Assembly (NCBI GenBank): GCA_016219465.1
Contig: JACRMW010000034.1
Coordinates: forward strand, 176 to 24,175
DNA from: Candidatus Aenigmatarchaeota archaeon
GTDB lineage: Archaea > Aenigmatarchaeota > Aenigmatarchaeia > GW2011-AR5 > JACRAC01
DNA length: 24,000 nucleotides
Reading direction: 5' to 3'
Shown here: piece by piece, positions 1-7,677 of the stretch
Layout: every line of letters begins with the position of its first letter
Position numbering within the stretch: position 1 is the stretch's first letter
Notes under the pieces: generated by a model
The model's input: the letters and a program-made list of their open reading frames with translations, nothing else
Databases searched by the model: none
What the model was told of the DNA's origin: nothing
Made by a program: the position numbers and the translations under genes

Positions 1-17
1 CAAAGATTCATTTCTAA

Positions 18-188
18 TTAGAATCTTGGTTTTCTATGTTTTGAGAAACAATCCCTGCACCAAACTTCTCTTCCTTCAGTTGGCTTGAAAGGAACGTCAC
101 ACTCCTTTCCACAATCTGAACAAACAGCTTTGTGCATTTCTTTTGGGCCTCGGTCTCCTCGATCAAAGCCTCTTCGTTGGAATGCCAT
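18..188 (-). CDS. small zinc-ribbon protein, CxxC-x17-CxxC type (56 aa)
   Basis: Below the ORF-track cutoff. My minus-strand translation is MAFQRRGFDRGDRGPKEMHKAVCSDCGKECDVPFKPTEGREVWCRDCFSKHRKPRF, with ATG at 188 and TAA at 18-20. It has two CxxC pairs and an AAGGTG-like motif upstream. Confidence 0.65.
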   Translation of the reverse strand: MAFQRRGFDRGDRGPKEMHKAVCSDCGKECDVPFKPTEGREVWCRDCFSKHRKPRF

Positions 189-312
189 TTTATTCACCTT
201 TTAAATGTAGCTGAACCAAGAATAAGAACTTGCTATCTTGCTATAAAACTCAACACCAGACTCTTATTTGTTATTCATCTACTATACAATTTATACAACT
301 GGAAAAGGATAT

Positions 313-333
313 AAAGGGCTGGATTAGCCCTTT
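313..333 (-). terminator. 8-bp hairpin (AAAGGGCT/AGCCCTTT) followed on the minus strand by a T-rich tract
   Basis: Perfect inverted repeat just downstream of the AbrB-like reading frames. A role as terminator is inferred only. Confidence 0.3.
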
Positions 334-435
334 AGAGAGAACTACATCTTTTGATCTTCCAGCATCTCTTTTGTTTTATTAACAAACTCAACTGCATCAT
401 TTTTTCCACCTTTAATTTTTAGTAACATTAGTTTT

Positions 436-573
436 TCAACTGTTTTTTCGCAATATAATATCCTCTCCTTTTGTTGTGACAATTAGTGTGTCTCCTATGT
501 CTATACCCTCTAATTCCCGCACATCTCTTGGCAGTGTTATCTGAAAATTTCTGGTCACCTTTGTCATTCCCAT
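436..573 (-). CDS. AbrB/SpoVT-type DNA-binding protein, N-terminal part (45 aa), probably frameshifted
   Basis: My translation is MGMTKVTRNFQITLPRDVRELEGIDIGDTLIVTTKGEDIILRKNS, a typical swapped-hairpin AbrB/MazE N-terminus. The frame stops right after an A6 run (T6 at 443-448). A plausible C-terminal continuation reads in the next frame down to 342. Confidence 0.6.
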   Translation of the reverse strand: MGMTKVTRNFQITLPRDVRELEGIDIGDTLIVTTKGEDIILRKNS

Positions 574-581
574 ATTTTCAC

Positions 582-2300
582 CTATATTTTAATCATCTTC
601 ATCATTGTCTTCAATGGCCATGCATTTATGATGTCTTTTTTCTCAGCCCATCCACGCCTTGCCTGGGCTATGCCAAGTTCAAGAAAAGGAAAATGATACC
701 CGCTGTGAGCATCTGTGTCTATTACAAGCCTGACACCTGCTTTTACAGCCATTCTTATATGTTCGTCCTTGAGATCAAGCCTGTCTGGCATTGAGTTTAT
801 TTCCAATATAGTGCCAGTTGATTTGGCTATGTCTATTATTTTTTCAATATCAAGCTGTATAGCAGGCCTTTTTCCAATAAGCCTGCACGTTGGATGAAAT
901 AATATATCCACGTGCTCGTTCTCCATTGCAGTTATTATTCTCTTTGTCATTTCTTGTTTTGTCTGGTTAAAACTAGCATGAACAGCTATACCAACAATAT
1001 CCAGCTCTTTTAAGCACGAGTCTTTTGTGTCCAATTTTCCATTTTTAAGAATATTCACTTCTGCTCCTTTCAATATTTTGATTCCTTTGAGCTTCTTGTT
1101 AAGTATATCTATTTCTTTTCCCTGTTTTGCTATTTTCTTCTCATTCAAACCATTGATCATTGCCAATGTTTTTGTGTGGTCTGTTATTGCAATATATTCT
1201 AATCCATAATTCTTAGCGGCGATTGCCATTTCCTCTATACTGTTAGAGCCGTCTGTCCAATTTGTCTGTATCTGCAGATCTCCTTTCAGGCTCTTGTATT
1301 CTATAAGTATTGGCAGTTTATCCTGCATAGCTGCTTCTATCTCTCCTGCATTTTCGCGCAATTCAGGCTCTATATATTTCAGACCCAGAGCGCCATAGAG
1401 GCTTTTTTCATCAATGCCTGATATGTTTTTCCCTTTTTTGAAAAGGCCATATTCACTTAGCTTCATTCTTTTATGTATAGCTATTCTTCTGAGGGCAATA
1501 TTATGATCCTTGCTTCCTGTAAAATAATTCAAAGCAGCTGCATAGCTTTTCTCAGGAACAACCCTTAAGTCTGCTCCTATTCCATTATTCAGCAAGACCA
1601 TTGTCTTTGTCTTTCCTTTTCCATAGACATTTATAACTTCTGGCATTGATACAAAAAAATCCATAACCTTTTCTGGCTTGTCTGATATTGCTAAGATATC
1701 TATGTCTCCGACTGTTTCTTTTCTTCGTCTGAATGAGCCTGATATCACTGCTTTTCTTACAAATGGGAGCTGCTTTAGCCTGTTTTCTATGTCAGTTGCA
1801 AGAGGCATTATATGGCCTAATAAATATCTTCCTTTTGTCTTTTTCAGAAATTCTATTCCTTTCAAAATATTTTCCTGGCTTTTTGCGCCAAAACCAGACA
1901 ACCTGCTTATCTTTCCCTGCTTTGCTGCTTTTTCCAATTCTGCAACTGATTTTATGCCTAGTTTTTTATAAAGAAATAATATTTTTCTTGGCCCTATGCC
2001 TTCTACTCTTCGCAATCCATCGATGTCAACAGGAATCTCTTTTTTCAGCCTTTCAAATGTCTGCAGCTTTCCTGTTTTCAACAACTCTTCTATTTTCTCT
2101 GCAATTGCCCTGCCAATACCAGGCAATTCCTGAAGAGCATCAATCCCGCCTTTTTTATACAACAGTTCTATATCAGTCGGAAGGGACTCAATTGTCTGGC
2201 CAGTTCTTTCATAGGCTCTTATTTTAAAGACATTCTCATCCTTCATCTGCAGGAACAGGGCAATATCATAGAATATCTTTGCAATCTCCTCGTTTTTCAT
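582..2300 (-). CDS. polX: family X DNA polymerase with C-terminal PHP phosphoesterase domain (PolX)
   Basis: ORF 582-2315. It has helix-hairpin-helix motifs (LPGIGRAIAEKI, VEGIGPRKI), the nucleotidyltransferase motif GSFRRRKETVGDIDIL, and a PHP domain (TDHT..., HPT..., DTDAH). The ATG at 2300 (MKNEEIAKIFY) is preferred over the TTG at 2315. Confidence 0.9.
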   Translation of the reverse strand: MKNEEIAKIFYDIALFLQMKDENVFKIRAYERTGQTIESLPTDIELLYKKGGIDALQELPGIGRAIAEKIEELLKTGKLQTFERLKKEIPVDIDGLRRVEGIGPRKILFLYKKLGIKSVAELEKAAKQGKISRLSGFGAKSQENILKGIEFLKKTKGRYLLGHIMPLATDIENRLKQLPFVRKAVISGSFRRRKETVGDIDILAISDKPEKVMDFFVSMPEVINVYGKGKTKTMVLLNNGIGADLRVVPEKSYAAALNYFTGSKDHNIALRRIAIHKRMKLSEYGLFKKGKNISGIDEKSLYGALGLKYIEPELRENAGEIEAAMQDKLPILIEYKSLKGDLQIQTNWTDGSNSIEEMAIAAKNYGLEYIAITDHTKTLAMINGLNEKKIAKQGKEIDILNKKLKGIKILKGAEVNILKNGKLDTKDSCLKELDIVGIAVHASFNQTKQEMTKRIITAMENEHVDILFHPTCRLIGKRPAIQLDIEKIIDIAKSTGTILEINSMPDRLDLKDEHIRMAVKAGVRLVIDTDAHSGYHFPFLELGIAQARRGWAEKKDIINAWPLKTMMKMIKI

Positions 2301-2341
2301 AATACTATATTGCAAATCCTAATTAAAAAGATAATTATGCT

Positions 2342-2386
2342 ACTATGTTCTTTCTTGTATAATATCACTTGCTTCACATATAGCTC
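2342..2386 (+). repeat. 5'-truncated copy of the hairpin-array right end
   Basis: 43 of 44 bp identical to 5804-5846 (ACTATGTTCTTTCTTGTATAATATCACTTGCTTCAYATATAGC). It lies in the divergent spacer between polX and the next gene. Confidence 0.85.
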
Positions 2387-2456
2387 AGCACGAAATAATA
2401 TACTGTTTATTTTTTTGATTGCAAATCCTTATAAACTTGCAGGCTATTTCAATATT

Positions 2457-3017
2457 ATGATGGCAGTGGGGATAGATCTGGCTGGCAAGGAAACAAATCC
2501 AACAGGATTTTGTATTATAGAGTTTAATGATTCTGACAGTCTGTTTGGCTGCATAGAAAAGATAACAGTAGAAATGCTGTACAATAACAACGAGATTCTT
2601 GATAAGATAAATCCAACAAATCCAGATATAATTGCAATAGATGCGCCATTTTCCAGACCAATAAACAGGCCATGGAGGCATTCTGAACAGATTCTTCTTA
2701 GCAAGGGATTTAAGCCAATTTCATGCCAGCTGGCAAACATGGGAATACTTGCAGACAGGGCAATTGTCCTTAACAAAGAACTCGGCAGCTATAGGGTGAT
2801 AGAAACCTTTTCAAGGGCTGTTGAGAAAATACTTGATATAAACAAGAACATGCTTATGGCAAGTGTGGAAGGAAAACTGGAGAATAAGAAGCTCAACAAA
2901 GACCAATATGATGCAATACTCTGCGCATTGTGTGGAATGCTTCATCTAAAGAGCAGAACAGAGATTATTGGAAATACTGAGAATGATATGATTGTATTGC
3001 CTGGAAAAATTGCATGA
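2457..3017 (+). CDS. predicted RNase H-fold nuclease (DUF429/COG2410-like)
   Basis: N-terminus MMAVGIDLAGKETNPTGFCIIE and a later IIAIDAPFS motif resemble the archaeal DUF429 family. The ORF-track start at 2310 runs through repeat and promoter sequence. CTTATAAAC lies about 26 nt upstream of the ATG at 2457. Confidence 0.55.
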   Translation: MMAVGIDLAGKETNPTGFCIIEFNDSDSLFGCIEKITVEMLYNNNEILDKINPTNPDIIAIDAPFSRPINRPWRHSEQILLSKGFKPISCQLANMGILADRAIVLNKELGSYRVIETFSRAVEKILDINKNMLMASVEGKLENKKLNKDQYDAILCALCGMLHLKSRTEIIGNTENDMIVLPGKIA

Positions 3018-3071
3018 CTACAACAGTCTTAGAATAAAATAATCAAGATTGTATATCATTTTCTCACTTCT

Positions 3072-3348
3072 TTATAGTGGACCAACAAAAGAATACAAAC
3101 AGAAGCTTTGCTTCTGTTGTACAAGAAGGAATTTGCAATTCCTTCTGTACGCAAAGACTTGAGAAGTCTTTGCTGTACAGATTGAATCCTAGATTCAATC
3201 ATGTATAGCAACCAATGAAATATTATATGTAAGTATATATGGTGAAGCATAGCTTCACCTATACAGGTGGAACTATGTTCCACCATGTACCTGATTATTT
3301 CATTGGCTTGCTATAAATGCGATATCAAAAGAACTTGTTCTTGTATAG
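3072..3348 (-). repeat. TGTACA-hairpin mosaic array A (reverse orientation relative to B, C and D)
   Basis: Ends are TTATAG (3072-3077) and CTATAA (3311-3316). Perfect hairpins lie at 3098-3118, 3124-3146, 3151-3173, 3180-3200, 3241-3259 and 3266-3284, joined by TGTACA, TGTAC, ATGTAT or TATACA. An internal inverted repeat, TATAGCAACCAATGAAAT (3204-3221) / ATTTCATTGGCTTGCTATA (3297-3315, one extra base), encloses two hairpins. An extra weak hairpin lies at 3329-3342. Confidence 0.9.
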
Positions 3349-3405
3349 AGTTTTTAGAATAAAGAACTATTAAATATACCAATAGTAAAATTATTATTGA
3401 TTATC

Positions 3406-3858
3406 ATGATCGTGAAAGGAAATATAATACCAGGTGTGCTGAGAGGAGTGCCATTGATTGAGAGATATCTTCACAGGCTCAGGAATGTCCTTGGGTTTGC
3501 GCCTTTTCTTGGAACTCTGAATATAAAGATTGAGAAAGCAATCAACATGAAGGACTATGAGACAAAACGCCTTGATCACATATTATTGAGTGGCAGGACA
3601 TGGATTGATGTAAGGCTTGCGCCTGCATCTCTTTATATCAGGGATGGAGAAACCCTGAATAAGATAGACTGCTGGATAATAAGAGAAGAAAAAGGAGTGC
3701 ATTATCCAGATGTTGTTGAAATCGTAGCAAAAGATGATATTAAAAAGACTATGAATGTAGAGATAGGAACAGAAGTAGAGCTGGAGATACATAAAGTAAA
3801 GAGACCAAGATATGAGAAGTATAGGGAAAAGATAAAATCTCTTATATTCCAGAGATAG
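3406..3858 (+). CDS. ribK: archaeal CTP-dependent riboflavin kinase
   Basis: GVLRGVPLIERYL...LGFAPFLGTLNIKIEK and the later beta-barrel segment resemble the MJ0056-type archaeal riboflavin kinase. The ATG at 3406 is in frame with the ORF-track TTG at 3397. Confidence 0.75.
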   Translation: MIVKGNIIPGVLRGVPLIERYLHRLRNVLGFAPFLGTLNIKIEKAINMKDYETKRLDHILLSGRTWIDVRLAPASLYIRDGETLNKIDCWIIREEKGVHYPDVVEIVAKDDIKKTMNVEIGTEVELEIHKVKRPRYEKYREKIKSLIFQR

Positions 3859-3883
3859 TGTATAAATTATAATTGGTGTGTAA

Positions 3884-4546
3884 ATGAGCTTTTTTACTCA
3901 GATAAATTTTCATGGAGATAACAACATTGGATTATATGGAATTGCCACAGACTCTTTCTGTTTGCTTGGAATTGATAACAAGAAAATAAATCAGCAGATA
4001 AAAAGCGTGCTGAAAGCGCCTGTCTACAAAGCGCAATTTCTTGATATAAATCTGGCAAAGCTTTTTACAGCAGGCAATTCTGCTGGAATAGTTCTGCCAT
4101 CAATGATGCCAAAGCAGGAGATAGATGATTTTAGAAAAGAGTTTGATTTCAAGATAAAAGTAATTGATACAAATTATGCCCTGGGAAACTTTATTCTAAT
4201 GAACGACAAGGGTATAGTGATCTCAGATGTCATCAAAAAACATAAGAATGAAATAGAAAAATTCTTTTCATTGGATGTTGTCATAGGAAAGATATCAAAA
4301 CTAAACCTGGTAGGGTCGCTTGGCATAGCCACGAACAAAGGATGTCTTCTTCATCCAGATGTATTGGACAAGGAAGCAAGCTTGATAGAAAAATCATTGG
4401 ATGTGCCTGTCAATATAGGAACAGTGTCTTTTGGCAGCCATTATCCAGGAGCAGGCATCATAGCAAACAGCAATGGCTTCATAACATCAAGAACAACATC
4501 AGGCCCTGAAATGGGAAGAATAACAGAAGCATTGGGATTTCTATAG
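3884..4546 (+). CDS. eif6: translation initiation factor 6 (aIF6)
   Basis: 220 aa. It shows the pentein-like repeated pattern (NIGLYGIATDSFCLLG, GNFILMNDKGIVIS, GSLGIATNKGCLLHP, AGIIANSNGFITS) typical of eIF6. Confidence 0.9.
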   Translation: MSFFTQINFHGDNNIGLYGIATDSFCLLGIDNKKINQQIKSVLKAPVYKAQFLDINLAKLFTAGNSAGIVLPSMMPKQEIDDFRKEFDFKIKVIDTNYALGNFILMNDKGIVISDVIKKHKNEIEKFFSLDVVIGKISKLNLVGSLGIATNKGCLLHPDVLDKEASLIEKSLDVPVNIGTVSFGSHYPGAGIIANSNGFITSRTTSGPEMGRITEALGFL

Positions 4547-4578
4547 GTTTTGCATTTCTACAAAACTGATTTTTATTT
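4547..4578 (+). terminator. hairpin GTTTTG/CAAAAC followed by a T5 tract directly after the eif6 stop
   Basis: Inverted repeat 4547-4552 / 4561-4566, then TGATTTTTATTT. Archaeal termination at oligo-T is established, but the call here is inferred. Confidence 0.3.
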
Positions 4579-4773
4579 ATAATGGAGAAAGCAGTTCGCC
4601 TGATTTTCTTGTGAAAATAAAAACACCCCCTCTCTTAAGCAATTCAAGTCCTCCAATCTTTATTGGCCAGCGAAATTCAGGCCCTATTAATTCAGTTTAT
4701 AAGAATTTGCAGTTATGAGATTGCGCAATTGCCTGTTGCTGTCTCCGTTTCTTTCCAGATTCAGATTATCAAA

Positions 4774-4932
4774 ATAGAGGACTTTGAATAACATGTGTTT
4801 TGGTCAAAGTCCTTATTGAGAACTTTCACATGGTGTACACAAAGACCTTTAGTCTTTGTGTACAGCGTGTAAAAAGACTTCAGAATACCTGAAGTCTTTT
4901 TACAGATTGTAGGGTTAATCAAAGTTCTCAAT
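4774..4932 (+). mobile_element. family-2 two-hairpin MITE-like element, copy 1, carrying a 77-bp insertion of two TGTACA hairpins
   Basis: Terminal inverted repeat ATAGAGGACTTTGAATAAC / GTTAATCAAAGTTCTCAAT. Hairpin 1 is AGGACTTTGA...TCAAAGTCCT. Hairpin 2 (GAGAACTTT...AAAGTTCTC) is interrupted at 4829-4905. It aligns to copies at 20581-20665 (minus) and 22158-22241 (plus). Confidence 0.8.
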
Positions 4933-5119
4933 AATCATTCATTAGCGCGAGATGCTTTTTATAGCAGCCAGTAATAAATGCTCTAGATTCATCATCAAGA
5001 TAGTCTGCTGAAAACCATGGAATATTAAGAACCTTTTCTTTAGCTTTTTCAGCGCGCGATAATCTGTCATGCACTGTGATTGTTTCTCCAGTAGAATATG
5101 GCATATTATCATTAGCCAT
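4928..5119 (-). CDS. hypothetical small protein (63 aa)
   Basis: ORF 4928-5146; the ATG at 5119 gives MANDNMPYSTGE.... CACTATAAAAAC lies about 36 nt upstream. The last codons and the stop lie inside the family-2 element end. I recognise no family. Confidence 0.4.
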   Translation of the reverse strand: MANDNMPYSTGETITVHDRLSRAEKAKEKVLNIPWFSADYLDDESRAFITGCYKKHLALMNDY

Positions 5120-5152
5120 GAAATCTTTTAATATACACATCCACATAAGTTT

Positions 5153-5225
5153 TTATAGTGAACCAAATATAGCTCGCTATAAACAATCCAGATACAACAA
5201 AGATTCTCTGAATCTTTGAATATAG
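5153..5225 (+). repeat. degenerate hairpin-array element with one cassette
   Basis: Starts TTATAGTGAACCAA at 5153 and contains TAGCTCGCTATAA. The hairpin CAAAGATT-CTCTG-AATCTTTG (5198-5218) is the same cassette as 5770-5792 with one loop change. Confidence 0.6.
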
Positions 5226-5235
5226 GAATGATAAT

Positions 5236-5697
5236 ATGGCAAAAACTAAAAAAGAAAAGACAGTTGATAATAAAAACACTGGCAATGAAAAAGAAGAGCT
5301 GCAAAAGCTCTATATGCAGTATGAAATTATGAAGCAATATTCTGCTGTTTATAATCAGGAGAATGCTGCAATAGAGGCAAAATTAGCTGAGATAGCTGTC
5401 ACAATAGAGGCAATAAAAGGGCTTCCAAAACTGGATAAACAGAATGAATTCCTGACAAATCTTGGCTCAAGTGTATTTATGAGCGCAGAAATAGCAGAGA
5501 ACGACAAAGTCATTATAGAGATTGGCTCAGGCGTGTTTGGAAAGAAGCCGGTTGATGAAGCTTTGCAGATGCTTGAAAAAAGAAGACAGGAGCTTGAAAA
5601 AACAAGCAGCCAGCTTCAAATGGAGATGACAAGCCTGAATATGCAGCTGCATCACTTGGAGCCGCACATACAAGAGCTCATGCAAAAGATGCAGTAA
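5236..5697 (+). CDS. pfdA: prefoldin alpha subunit
   Basis: 153 aa. Two coiled-coil arms flank the central beta-hairpin region (FLTNLGSSVFMSAEIAENDKVIIEIGSGVFGKKPVDEA). It sits upstream of ftsY, as in many archaea. Confidence 0.85.
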   Translation: MAKTKKEKTVDNKNTGNEKEELQKLYMQYEIMKQYSAVYNQENAAIEAKLAEIAVTIEAIKGLPKLDKQNEFLTNLGSSVFMSAEIAENDKVIIEIGSGVFGKKPVDEALQMLEKRRQELEKTSSQLQMEMTSLNMQLHHLEPHIQELMQKMQ

Positions 5698-5737
5698 TTC
5701 AACAGCTTTTTATTCTATCAATATTAAGCTTATTCTA

Positions 5738-5846
5738 TTATAGTGAAGCAAGTAAATAATCAGAATAAAACAAAGATTCTCTAAATCTTTGTGTACAGAA
5801 AGAACTATGTTCTTTCTTGTATAATATCACTTGCTTCATATATAGC
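5738..5846 (+). repeat. TGTACA-hairpin element F (two cassettes with a closing stem)
   Basis: TTATAG-TGAAGCAAGT (5738-5753) pairs with ACTTGCTTCA (5829-5838), followed by TATATAGC. Hairpins lie at 5770-5792 and 5798-5816, separated by TGTACA (5792-5797) and followed by TGTAT. Confidence 0.85.
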
Positions 5847-5905
5847 AAACAACAAATATAATACTGAATACTTTGTTGTATTGCTATAAGCAAAGAGTGA
5901 TTTTT

Positions 5906-7570
5906 ATGTTTGGTATATTAAAGAAAAAACTTAAAGAAGTCATAAGCAAGGTCTCTGGTCGCATAGATAAAGAGGAATATAAGGAAATGCCTGCTCCTCA
6001 GCCAGGAACAATAGAGTCTTCTATGTCTATTGAAACAAACGAACCCAGTGAACAAGAAAGAATAGAAACTGAAAAAGTATTAGAGAACGAGAAAAAAGAT
6101 ATGGTAAAAGATAATGATAAGGAAAAATTATCTTCTGATGAAAAGCAGGATCTAATAGACGAGCTTGTTGAGACAGACCAGAAAATAGAGCAGGAAATAA
6201 GCAAGAAAGTGGAAGAATTGAAAGAATTTGAAGAAACAGTGGAAAAAGAAATAAAAGAAGAAAAAAGAGTTCTTGAAGATGTTGAAGAAAAACACGATGC
6301 TAAATTAATTCATGAAATTGAAGAGGAGATAAAGGAAGAAAAAAAGATTGTAAACGAAATTGATAAAGAAAAGCAGGAATTGGAAGAAATTGAGAAAAAG
6401 ATTGATGAGGAAAAGAAATCTGTTCTTGCTGCTGAAATAGAGCCAAAAAAGAAATCTATCCTTGAGAGAATTCTTCCAATGAAAACTAAAAAGCTTTCTG
6501 AACTTTCTGAAGCTAAAAAAATTATTGTGCCAGAGCCGGTTGTGGAGCCAGACAAACCAATTAAACAAGAGCCTATTATCAAGATAACAAAGTCAGTTGT
6601 GCCAGAAAAACCAACTACAATGCCACAAACCATTTCTATAAAGGTTGATGAAAAATCAATAGATATTGTTGAGAAAGCAGAACCGAGCGCAGCAGAGCTT
6701 GTTGTTGAGAAAAAAGGGTTTTTTACAAAAATAAAGGAAAAAACCCTTTCAGAAGACGACATAAAGGATATACTTGCTGATATACGCCATGCATTGCTGG
6801 AGAATGATGTTGCCCTGGATGTTTCAGATTGTATAATAAATGATCTGAAGAAAGAATTGATTGGCAGGACAATCAGCAGAGGAAGAACAGAAGAGGTTAT
6901 AGAAAATGCAATGAAGAATGCTGTTCTTGGAGTGCTGAGCCAGGAAAGAATAGACTTAGACAATATGTTAGAACAAGCAAAAGAACCGTTGTTGGTGATA
7001 TTTCTTGGGTTCAATGGTGTTGGGAAGACGACTGTGCTTTCTAAAATAGCTCATAGATATAAAAAATACAAGCCAATTCTTGCAGCAGGCGATACATTCA
7101 GAGCAGCAAGCATAGAACAGTTGGAAGAACATTCAAAAAACATTGGAGCTGATTTAGTAAAGCACAGATATGGCGCTGATTCAGCAGCAGTTATCTTTGA
7201 CGCAAAAAAACATGCTGCTGCGGCAGATTCTAAACTAGTATTGGCTGACACAGCAGGAAGAGCTCATACAAATGCAAATCTCATGGATGAACTGAAAAAA
7301 ATATGCAGGGTAAACAAGCCTGATTTGAAAATATTGGTATTGGACGCATTGACAGGCAATGATATCTATGAACAGGCAAGACTGTTTGATCAGGCAGTTG
7401 GTGTAGATGCTATAATACTTACAAAAACAGATGTCTATGAAAAAGGAGGCTCTGCATTGAGCGCAGCCTATACAATCAAAAAGCCTATTTTATTCTTAGG
7501 AACAGGCCAGAACTATGGCGACCTGAAAGAATTCAGCCCAGAAGAGATTGTGAAGAATCTGCTGGGATAG
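5906..7570 (+). CDS. ftsY: signal recognition particle receptor FtsY with a long charged N-terminal region
   Basis: The C-terminal NG domain has GFNGVGKTT, DTAGR and TKTD GTPase motifs. The ATG at 5906 (MFGILKKKLKEVISK) is preferred over the upstream TTG at 5873. The first ~270 aa are E/K-rich. Confidence 0.9.
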   Translation: MFGILKKKLKEVISKVSGRIDKEEYKEMPAPQPGTIESSMSIETNEPSEQERIETEKVLENEKKDMVKDNDKEKLSSDEKQDLIDELVETDQKIEQEISKKVEELKEFEETVEKEIKEEKRVLEDVEEKHDAKLIHEIEEEIKEEKKIVNEIDKEKQELEEIEKKIDEEKKSVLAAEIEPKKKSILERILPMKTKKLSELSEAKKIIVPEPVVEPDKPIKQEPIIKITKSVVPEKPTTMPQTISIKVDEKSIDIVEKAEPSAAELVVEKKGFFTKIKEKTLSEDDIKDILADIRHALLENDVALDVSDCIINDLKKELIGRTISRGRTEEVIENAMKNAVLGVLSQERIDLDNMLEQAKEPLLVIFLGFNGVGKTTVLSKIAHRYKKYKPILAAGDTFRAASIEQLEEHSKNIGADLVKHRYGADSAAVIFDAKKHAAAADSKLVLADTAGRAHTNANLMDELKKICRVNKPDLKILVLDALTGNDIYEQARLFDQAVGVDAIILTKTDVYEKGGSALSAAYTIKKPILFLGTGQNYGDLKEFSPEEIVKNLLG

Positions 7571-7677
7571 ATAAAATGGACAGAATTAGCCAGACATGGA
7601 ATGATCAATGAAATTGAAAGACTCCAAAAAGCAAACATTCTTAAAAAAATGATTGGCATCCTGTTGATGAAATGGAT

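Noticed and set aside
2310-2456. N-terminal extension of the DUF429-like ORF given by the ORF track (start at 2310); similarly the TTG/GTG-extended starts at 2315, 3397, 5873, 10276, 10888, 12486, 12536 and 15060, and the upstream ATG at 17733.
   Set aside because: The extensions cross repeat or promoter sequence and add hydrophobic, non-conserved residues. Internal ATGs give N-termini that match the respective families.
3056-3286. ORF-track entries 3056-3286 (minus), 7744-7926 (plus) and 16029-16385 (plus) share the peptide LYNRSKASVCILLL, which could suggest a conserved small protein.
   Set aside because: They run straight through the hairpin arrays. The shared peptide reflects near-identical repeat DNA (the AACAGAAGC cassette plus the right end). 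The ORFs differ in start, length and remaining sequence, and each cassette is a palindrome, which is far better explained by nucleic-acid structure.
4570-4770. Gene-free 200-bp stretch where the LX ribosomal protein gene would normally sit; considered as a missed small gene or ncRNA.
   Set aside because: The minus strand has no ATG-initiated ORF, and the plus strand has only ORFs of 10-20 aa. The sequence contains degenerate pieces of the repeat families: AATTCAAGTCCTCCAAT at 4640-4656, followed by a CTTTATTGG remnant, resembles the 20649-20683 junction. It is best explained as element relics, though an unrecognised RNA cannot be excluded.
6310-7014. 234-aa minus-strand ORF, and several shorter ones, antisense to ftsY.
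   Set aside because: It is a low-complexity S/F/I-rich mirror of the E/K-rich ftsY N-terminal region. The sense frame carries clear FtsY NG-domain motifs.
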